Assembly (NCBI GenBank): GCA_045656225.1
Contig: JAZOQU010000024.1
Location: forward strand, 5,790-69,789
DNA from: Kiritimatiellia bacterium
GTDB taxonomy: Bacteria > Verrucomicrobiota > Kiritimatiellia > RFP12 > UBA1067
Length of the DNA: 64,000 nucleotides
Direction: 5' to 3'
The translations under genes and the position numbers were made by a program. This document shows positions 58,062 through 64,000 of the stretch, piece by piece (positions within the stretch are counted from its first letter, which is position 1; every line of letters starts with the position of its first letter). The notes under the pieces were generated by a model. It saw nothing but the letters and a program-made list of their open reading frames with translations. It did no database searches and was not told where the DNA came from.

Positions 58062-58217
58062 TTAAGGATACTCTGAACTTACATGTCGCTCGGTTCTCAC
58101 TACAGCCGACTTCGTAGCCCTGAGAAGATACGCGAACGCACTGACGGCAAGAATGAGAGCAGAGAACGTGAGTACGTACTCAAGCGCCGTCTGACCTCTC
58201 CTTGTTTTCATTTTCAT
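58062..58217 (-). CDS. flp: Flp/Fap-family pilin, 51 aa (not in ORF track)
   Basis: Hand translation: MKMKTRRGQTALEYVLTFSALILAVSAFAYLLRATKSAVVRTERHVSSEYP. Carries the G/XXXXEY motif. TAA at 58064-58062. No SD; a promoter box lies directly upstream. Confidence 0.8.
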   Translation of the reverse strand: MKMKTRRGQTALEYVLTFSALILAVSAFAYLLRATKSAVVRTERHVSSEYP

Positions 58218-58223
58218 GCCGCT

Positions 58224-58232
58224 ATTCTATCA
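58224..58232 (-). promoter_or_regulatory. Extended -10-like box TGATAGAAT for the flp-tadE-tadG block (leaderless)
   Basis: The plus strand reads attctatca. The hexamer ends at 58224, so predicted +1 = 58217, the A of the flp ATG. Confidence 0.4.
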
Positions 58233-58268
58233 CAAACGGACTGAAAACACAATATCCGCCGATCAGAT

Positions 58269-58298
58269 TTGACTGTTTCCACGGAAATAAGATATACT
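58269..58298 (+). promoter_or_regulatory. Candidate sigma70 promoter for the sulfatase gene
   Basis: TTGACT (58269-58274), 18-nt spacer, TATACT (58293-58298). The ATG is at 58337. Confidence 0.4.
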
Positions 58299-58336
58299 TA
58301 CCGTGTAAGATACATTTATTTGAAAGTTAAAACATC

Positions 58337-59959
58337 ATGACATCTTCAAGAAGAGATTTTCTTTTAGGCTTCGGCGCGGCGGCGGCGTTCACCGGGTGCG
58401 GCGCTATCAATTCGGCTATGGCTCTGCAGACTCAAAGGCGCGACGCTCTTATCGCGGCGGCAAGAGCGAAAAAGATGAACATCCTCTTTATCATGACCGA
58501 CGATCATGCCGCCCATGCGATTTCCGCGTACGGCAGCCGCATCAACAAAACGCCTCATATCGACGCGATGGCGCGCGAGGGAATGATCTTCTCGAACGTC
58601 ATGTGCACGAATCCTATCTGCGCCCCTTCGCGCGCGTGCATCCTGACTGGACAATACAGCCACAAAAACGGAGTTCCGGTTTTCGTGGGTCTTTCGCCGA
58701 AAATCGAAACCGTCGGCGGCTACCTGAGAAAGAGCGGCTACCACACGTCTCTTATCGGTAAACTCCATTGCGGCGGACCGAACGCAGTCAGGAGAGACGA
58801 CTGGGACCGCTGGATGATTTATCAAGGTCAGGGCGTATACAACGACCCGTGGTTCTATGTTCCGACAAAAGACGGAAAGGTCGCGAGAAAAGTCTACAAA
58901 GGCGAATACGCGACCGAGAATCTCACGAAAGTCTGCAAGGAAGTTCTCGATGAGGCCCGCCGATCGGGTAAGCCTTTCTTCATGATGATGCTCCACAAGG
59001 CGCCTCACCGCAACTGGATCGCGAGCGACAGGTACCGCGCGCGCTTCCGCTCGATGACGCTCAAGGACATCCCACTTCCCGACACGATTTTCGACGACTT
59101 CAAGGGCCGCGCCTCTCCGATCCGAAATGCGGCGATGACGCTCCTTAAGCACATGCGCCCGGGGATGGATCTGAAGCTTGCGGAGTTCTTCTCCGAGGGT
59201 CACACTTTTGAATTCGAGGGTAAAACGTATACGGGCAAGAAAAACGCCCAGGGTAAATTCATCGACGCGTGGCCCGACGGTATGGACGATCGCGCGAAGA
59301 CCGCCCTGTCGTATCTGCGCTATATGCAGGACTACCTCGCATGCGTCCAGTCCGTCGACGATTCCGTAGGCGAAATGAACGCCTACCTTAAGAAACACGG
59401 ACTTGAAAAAAACACTCTCGTAGTATACACTTCAGACCAGGGCTTTTTCCTCGGAGACCACGGACTTTACGATAAGCGCTTCATCATGGAAGAGACGCTG
59501 AAGATGCCGTTCATCGCGAAATGCCCCGATCTCATAAAGCCGGGCTCGACAAACGACGATATCATCACGAACGTCGACTTCGCGCCGACATTCGTCGACC
59601 TCGCCACGGGCGCAAAACCCGACGCGATGCAGGGCGACTCGTTCGTGAACAATATGGGCGGAGAGACTCCCGACGGTTGGAAAGAAAGCTGCTACTGCCG
59701 CTACTACGTCGAAGGCGGAGAGCACAACACCGCCGCATGGTACGGGGTCAGAACGAAAACCGATAAGCTCGTCTATTACTACAAGCGCAACGAATGGGAA
59801 TACTTCGATATGAAAGAAGATCCCGACGAGTTGAAGAACCGCTACGCCGACAGGTCGAAGGCCGCACGTATCGAGGAGCTTAAGTCCCTACTTAAAAAAC
59901 TCCGCGAGAAATACGGCGACAGCGACCAGTACATCAACTGCAACGAATATTCGCTGTAA
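58337..59959 (+). CDS. Cys-type sulfatase (formylglycine-dependent) with TAT signal and lipobox-like Cys
   Basis: MTSSRRDFLLGFGAAAAFTGC leader and the CAPSRACILTG (C-x-P-x-R) active-site motif. Full-length S1 sulfatase similarity, 540 aa. Confidence 0.9.
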   Translation: MTSSRRDFLLGFGAAAAFTGCGAINSAMALQTQRRDALIAAARAKKMNILFIMTDDHAAHAISAYGSRINKTPHIDAMAREGMIFSNVMCTNPICAPSRACILTGQYSHKNGVPVFVGLSPKIETVGGYLRKSGYHTSLIGKLHCGGPNAVRRDDWDRWMIYQGQGVYNDPWFYVPTKDGKVARKVYKGEYATENLTKVCKEVLDEARRSGKPFFMMMLHKAPHRNWIASDRYRARFRSMTLKDIPLPDTIFDDFKGRASPIRNAAMTLLKHMRPGMDLKLAEFFSEGHTFEFEGKTYTGKKNAQGKFIDAWPDGMDDRAKTALSYLRYMQDYLACVQSVDDSVGEMNAYLKKHGLEKNTLVVYTSDQGFFLGDHGLYDKRFIMEETLKMPFIAKCPDLIKPGSTNDDIITNVDFAPTFVDLATGAKPDAMQGDSFVNNMGGETPDGWKESCYCRYYVEGGEHNTAAWYGVRTKTDKLVYYYKRNEWEYFDMKEDPDELKNRYADRSKAARIEELKSLLKKLREKYGDSDQYINCNEYSL

Positions 59960-59971
59960 GAACAGTTACAG
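59954..59971. terminator. Short hairpin containing both convergent stop codons (possible bidirectional attenuator)
   Basis: CTGTAA (59954-59959), loop gaacag, TTACAG (59966-59971). This is a 6-bp AT-rich stem with no U-tract, so it is weak. Confidence 0.2.
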
Positions 59972-61600
59972 TTCAACCCTTTTATACTTCGGAACAAGCA
60001 TCTTCATGCAGAACCAACCGATGATGTACGCTACCGCACAATAACAGAACAGTATGCAATATCCAGCCGGTTTTCCCGAAAATCCGAGGAATGACATCGG
60101 AGAACTCACTATCGTCCCTCCCGCATCGACAACAAGGGCCATCATATCCGACGCGGACATTCCCGCGTGATTTACCGCCTGAATGATATCGGGAACCTGC
60201 TGACCGGAATCCTGGACGGCACGCATTATGACATCAATATCGGCGCCCGTTGGGATTGTAACGCCATCAGGAACAAATGTCTTGGCGATTGAAATGGGCG
60301 ATAACTCGAAAGCGCCCTCTTTACCCTGCAAGGAAAATGAACCGGCCGCGTGTGTAAACAACTTTCCTGCGCACTTGTTGACGAGAAAGCTGCCGCACCC
60401 GGCGGCGAACTGGGCGATCCCGGTAAGAGTACCTATGGTAGACTTCGGGAACATATCACCGACGACAGAGTAAATGTTGGCACTCCACGCCTGATGGCCG
60501 GCACACGCGATGCCGATAAGAATCGCGGGCCACCATGCGGAAAACGCTCCAAGGGGCTGTGCGCCAAGCGCCAAAAGCGGCAGGCACGCAAAAAGAAACA
60601 TCGCTATCATACGCCCTTCGTACGGATTCATACCGCGTCTATCTACCATATAAGTGGGCAGTTTGCACAGGTAAATCGAGGCAAACGTGACAATCGCGTA
60701 CAGCGTAAAGATAAGAGCCATACCCATACCCGACGAACTCTTATAACCGAACTGATCGGAAAAATAGGAAGGCGTCCAGAAAAGGAAGAACCACCAAACG
60801 CCGTCCGTAAGAAAGCGACCCAAAACGAGAGACCATGTCTGACGGAGGGAAAACGCTTTCAGGTAGCTGATCTTAGGCCCCTTCGCGGCAACGTCGGATT
60901 CGGCTTTTTCAAGTTCAGATTCGTCACTGCGGATATATGCAAGTTCGGCTTCATTCACCAAGCCGTTAGCCTCCGGCTTCTTATAAAGCCACATCCAAAA
61001 TCCCATCCACAGAAAACCGAGCGCACCGATAATGACAAACGCCATCTGCCAACCCCAGAACTTGGCGATAAGCGGAATCGAGAGCGGCGCCGCGAGAGCA
61101 CCGACAGAGGATCCGGCGTTAAAGATAGATGTCGCGAAAGCGCGGTCTTTCTTAGGAAAATACTCGGCCGTTACCTTGATCGCGGCAGGGAAGTTTCCAG
61201 CCTCTCCGACCGCGAGGACGCTGCGGCAGGCGAGAAAAAGCCAAACCGATGTCGTCATACCCATCATGCCGACGAAACCGAGCGCATTAAGGGCTGAACA
61301 TCCAGCTCCGCACGCGGCGTGCAAACACGCGCCAAGCGACCAGATGAAAATCGCCCATAAATAACCCTTCTTCGTTCCGAGCCAGTCGATAAACTTACCT
61401 GCGAAGAGATTCCCCAAAGCGTAGACAATCGAAAAAACTCCAGTAATAGTACCATAGTCGTTATCGGTCCAACCAAATACCGGTGCGATAAAATCTTTAT
61501 ATGTAAGCGATAACACCTGACGGTCGAGATAATTGACCGTTGTTGCAAAAAAGAGAAGCGAACAGATGATCCAACGGAAGTTTGTCATTTTACTTTTCAT
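59966..61600 (-). CDS. MFS transporter (ExuT/ACS-like) with a ~95-aa insertion before the last TM
   Basis: ..FATTVNYLDRQVLSL.. is a typical hexuronate/ACS-family N-terminus. 544 aa against the usual ~430. Confidence 0.85.
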   Translation of the reverse strand: MKSKMTNFRWIICSLLFFATTVNYLDRQVLSLTYKDFIAPVFGWTDNDYGTITGVFSIVYALGNLFAGKFIDWLGTKKGYLWAIFIWSLGACLHAACGAGCSALNALGFVGMMGMTTSVWLFLACRSVLAVGEAGNFPAAIKVTAEYFPKKDRAFATSIFNAGSSVGALAAPLSIPLIAKFWGWQMAFVIIGALGFLWMGFWMWLYKKPEANGLVNEAELAYIRSDESELEKAESDVAAKGPKISYLKAFSLRQTWSLVLGRFLTDGVWWFFLFWTPSYFSDQFGYKSSSGMGMALIFTLYAIVTFASIYLCKLPTYMVDRRGMNPYEGRMIAMFLFACLPLLALGAQPLGAFSAWWPAILIGIACAGHQAWSANIYSVVGDMFPKSTIGTLTGIAQFAAGCGSFLVNKCAGKLFTHAAGSFSLQGKEGAFELSPISIAKTFVPDGVTIPTGADIDVIMRAVQDSGQQVPDIIQAVNHAGMSASDMMALVVDAGGTIVSSPMSFLGFSGKPAGYCILFCYCAVAYIIGWFCMKMLVPKYKRVEL

Positions 61601-61622
61601 GATTTCAACCTTATTTAATCAA

Positions 61623-63014
61623 TTAACCTTGATAATACATTTCCCAGCCTTTGCGCGGCTTAGGACCGGCCAAAAGTCTGTTCACCTCTTCATCACCGAC
61701 GGCCTCGCCCTTGACGGGATCGAACTTAAATCCGCGGTTGAGCCGCTGAGCCGCAACGCCGAGGCAGAATATCTGCGACAGGGGAGCGGAAACGCTGAAC
61801 GGGCTTTTAGCCTCCTCTTCACCCTTCGCGGCCAAAAGAAAATTCCTGTAATGGTCGCTGCGGGCTTTCTCGTAGATAGGAAGTTCGCCAGAATACCCGA
61901 CACGCTTTAAAGTCGACGAATGCGAAAGCCCCTGCCAGATAGTGCCGTCGGACTGATAAATCTCCTTGCCGGGCTTAAGCTTCGGATCGATAAGGCCGTC
62001 GTTCGCCGTACTCGCAGGGAAAAGGCCCTTATTATTGTCGAAACGAAAACCTTTGGGCGGCTTAGGCTGATTATCGAGACCTTCCCACCACTCAAGCGTA
62101 ATATCGCCGTGACGACCCTTCTTCGGGAACTTCATCGTAAGCGTATCCTGAATCGGGAAGACGTAAGGGTTCCTGCCCGTACAATTGGAAATCGCAACCT
62201 CCGTCGGCAGATCGCCCTCAAGCGTAAAACGGTGGATCGTATCTAAAATATGAGCCCCCCAGTCGCCCATGCAGCCCATACCGTAATCATACCAGCAGCG
62301 CCACTCTCCATAAGCGAGATCTTTAGAGAAATCGTGATACGGCGCAGACGAAACCCATGAATCCCAATCAAGCGTCTTGGGAAGCGCCTCGGCCTTCGGA
62401 TATGAAGATGTTTTACCGCCCCACTTATGCCAGCGCCTTTGCATATTCATGTGGGCGACAACCTTTACAACATCTTTAATGATTCCCTTGTTGTAATAAT
62501 CGCGGTACTGGTAGAAATTATCTCCGCTATGGCCCTGATTGCCCATCTGGGTCACGACGCCATACTTCTTCTCGGCCTCCATCAAAAGACGGCACTCACG
62601 GAACGAATGAGCGAGAGGCTTTTCAACAAAGACAGCCTTGCCGAGTTTCATCGCGTGCATCGCCGCGCAAAAATGGGAATGATCGGGCGTGCCGATCAAG
62701 ACAGCGTCTATTTTATCAGCCATCCTGTCGAACATTTTCCTGAAATCCTGAAAGCGCGGAAGATCTGGATATTTCTTCAAAGCTTCGAGGGTATGCTTCG
62801 CGCCAATGTCAGTATCACAAAGAGCGACTATCTCACAGATATCGGAATGCGCCGCAAACTTCTTTAAATCGTACCAGGCCTGCGCACCGCAACCAATCGC
62901 CGCGAGACGAACCTTCGAATTAAGAACATACTTCTTAGAAGAAAAGTTACACGCGGGAATGAACGGAAACGCACCCGCCGCCAAAGCCGCTTTCAAAAAA
63001 GACCTTCTGTCCAT
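61623..63014 (-). CDS. Gfo/Idh/MocA-family oxidoreductase with TAT signal and lipobox-like Cys
   Basis: MDRRSFLKAALAAGAFPFIPAC leader and Rossmann motif ..VRLAAIGCGAQAW... The track start at 63017 is a GTG one codon upstream of ATG 63014. Confidence 0.85.
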   Translation of the reverse strand: MDRRSFLKAALAAGAFPFIPACNFSSKKYVLNSKVRLAAIGCGAQAWYDLKKFAAHSDICEIVALCDTDIGAKHTLEALKKYPDLPRFQDFRKMFDRMADKIDAVLIGTPDHSHFCAAMHAMKLGKAVFVEKPLAHSFRECRLLMEAEKKYGVVTQMGNQGHSGDNFYQYRDYYNKGIIKDVVKVVAHMNMQRRWHKWGGKTSSYPKAEALPKTLDWDSWVSSAPYHDFSKDLAYGEWRCWYDYGMGCMGDWGAHILDTIHRFTLEGDLPTEVAISNCTGRNPYVFPIQDTLTMKFPKKGRHGDITLEWWEGLDNQPKPPKGFRFDNNKGLFPASTANDGLIDPKLKPGKEIYQSDGTIWQGLSHSSTLKRVGYSGELPIYEKARSDHYRNFLLAAKGEEEAKSPFSVSAPLSQIFCLGVAAQRLNRGFKFDPVKGEAVGDEEVNRLLAGPKPRKGWEMYYQG

Positions 63015-63034
63015 CACTTCTACCCCAATATGCC

Positions 63035-64000
63035 TTATTTAAACTCTTTAATCTTCAAATTGCAGAATGAAACCGTGGAATCACTATGATCTTGAAGAAG
63101 AATGCGGCCTTCGGCAATCTCACCCCAGGCTTGTGGTTTACCGTCCGCGCTGACGCCCCAGGTGGCGTACTTAGAAGCCTTTACGCCGTCCTTGAACGCC
63201 TTTGACGCGCGGTCGTATTCAAGAACCTTGACACCGTTGAGCCAATGCTCAACCTTTGAACCCCTTGAGACGATCATTGCGCTGTTCCATTCACCGGGAG
63301 ACTTAAGAATCTCGTCGGCATTCGCGGCGAATATATCATAAAGCGACGCGCTCTTGCGGTTGCCGTCCTTCCCCTTAGATGAATCGGGATGACCGTTTTC
63401 AAGAATCTGATATTCCTCGCACGAGCCCTTGTTCTGCTTCTCGTCGTAAAAATACTTAACGCCGGAGTTAGCATATTTCGTAAGACGAAAATTGAACCTG
63501 AATGCGAAGTTACGGTACTTTTCAACCGTTACGATATCGCCGCCGCCGCCGAGCTTCTGATCCTCCGGAGGAAGCGGAAACCAGTTGCCGTCAGGAGTGA
63601 TTCCGTTAACGGGACGCATCGTAAGAGTTCCATCTTTTATCACCCAACCCTTTGACGGCGGAGAGTTAAAATCATTTTTAACGCCGACCCAACCATTGAG
63701 AGTCTTACCGTCCCACAAAAGCTTCCAGCCGTCAGCTTTCTCGGCGTCGCTCAGCGTGTTGGCGCCGACGGGAGCCGGCTTCATGACAGCCTTAGCCTTG
63801 ATGCAATCGGCGACTCCGCGGTAATATCCGAATGACTCCGCCAAGCCCATCGCGTTATCGTTGAAATCCTTCTCGTATTCGATATGACAAACACCGGTGT
63901 AACCGACGTCGGCGAGAGCCTGGAAAATCGCCGGGATATCGAGCTCGCCGCGCGGACCTTCCATAGCGATATTCTTAACAGGGTCGATCTTGATATTCTT
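63035..64000 (-). CDS. Xylose-isomerase-like TIM-barrel (C-terminal part) fused to a DUF1080 domain; N-terminus lies beyond the right edge
   Basis: The frame stays open upstream of the listed Met to pos 64000 (..KNIKIDPVKNIAMEGPRGELDIP..). ..GYTGVCHIEYE.. is the end of a sugar-phosphate isomerase/epimerase barrel. ..DGWKLLWDGKTLNGWVG.. and ..GRILLQDHSDSTVSFCNLKIKE are DUF1080 hallmarks. Confidence 0.8.
   Translation of the reverse strand, partial: KNIKIDPVKNIAMEGPRGELDIPAIFQALADVGYTGVCHIEYEKDFNDNAMGLAESFGYYRGVADCIKAKAVMKPAPVGANTLSDAEKADGWKLLWDGKTLNGWVGVKNDFNSPPSKGWVIKDGTLTMRPVNGITPDGNWFPLPPEDQKLGGGGDIVTVEKYRNFAFRFNFRLTKYANSGVKYFYDEKQNKGSCEEYQILENGHPDSSKGKDGNRKSASLYDIFAANADEILKSPGEWNSAMIVSRGSKVEHWLNGVKVLEYDRASKAFKDGVKASKYATWGVSADGKPQAWGEIAEGRILLQDHSDSTVSFCNLKIKEFK

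Noticed and set aside
58364-59398. 344-aa minus-strand ORF antisense to the sulfatase gene
   Set aside because: R/V/A-rich with no motifs. The plus-strand frame carries the CxPxR sulfatase signature and a TAT leader.
60350-61297. 315-aa plus-strand ORF antisense to the MFS transporter
   Set aside because: K/R-rich nonsense composition, while the opposite strand encodes a coherent 12-TM protein.

Overview
This is a 64-kb chromosomal window that is almost entirely coding. It holds 54 protein genes, 50 on the minus strand, in long co-directional blocks. Spacers between genes are a few nt or ATGA/GTGA/TGATG overlaps. I found no rRNA, tRNA, CRISPR array, transposase/integrase or recognisable defence genes.

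Housekeeping genes (ychF, recJ, ilvE, fhs, ruvA, frr, pyrH, der, eda, epmA) are interleaved with two other gene sets.

(i) Glycan-utilisation genes: a GH2 beta-mannosidase-like enzyme, a GH92 alpha-mannosidase, a Cys-type sulfatase, an MFS transporter, a TAT-signal Gfo/Idh/MocA oxidoreductase and a TIM-barrel+DUF1080 fusion.

(ii) An unusually dense set of type-IV-filament parts split over four loci:
- GspL-like / GspM-like / secretin (11039-6411).
- CpaB / FHA-CpaF / a single TadB-C (22849-19629), followed directly by a 1384-aa DUF2723+TPR membrane protein.
- An operon of gspF, nine pseudopilin-type genes and a NarL-type response regulator (55514-44796). It includes a 393-aa GspG-like and a 1052-aa GspK-like protein.
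- A Flp/TadE/TadG pilin module (58217-55645).

Three real genes are missing from the supplied ORF track. One is a secreted glycine-rich-domain protein of at least 1361 aa that runs off the left edge (4085-1, minus). The other two are Flp pilins of 52 and 51 aa. The right-most gene also runs off the window.

A recurring extended -10 box (TGnTAnAAT) marks most operon starts. In five or six cases its position predicts a transcript that starts at, or 1-4 nt before, the start codon (leaderless mRNAs).

The gene content suggests a PVC-superphylum genome (Lentisphaerota/Kiritimatiellota-like), but this is inferred from protein families only. All product calls come from by-eye motif recognition; no database search or computation was run.
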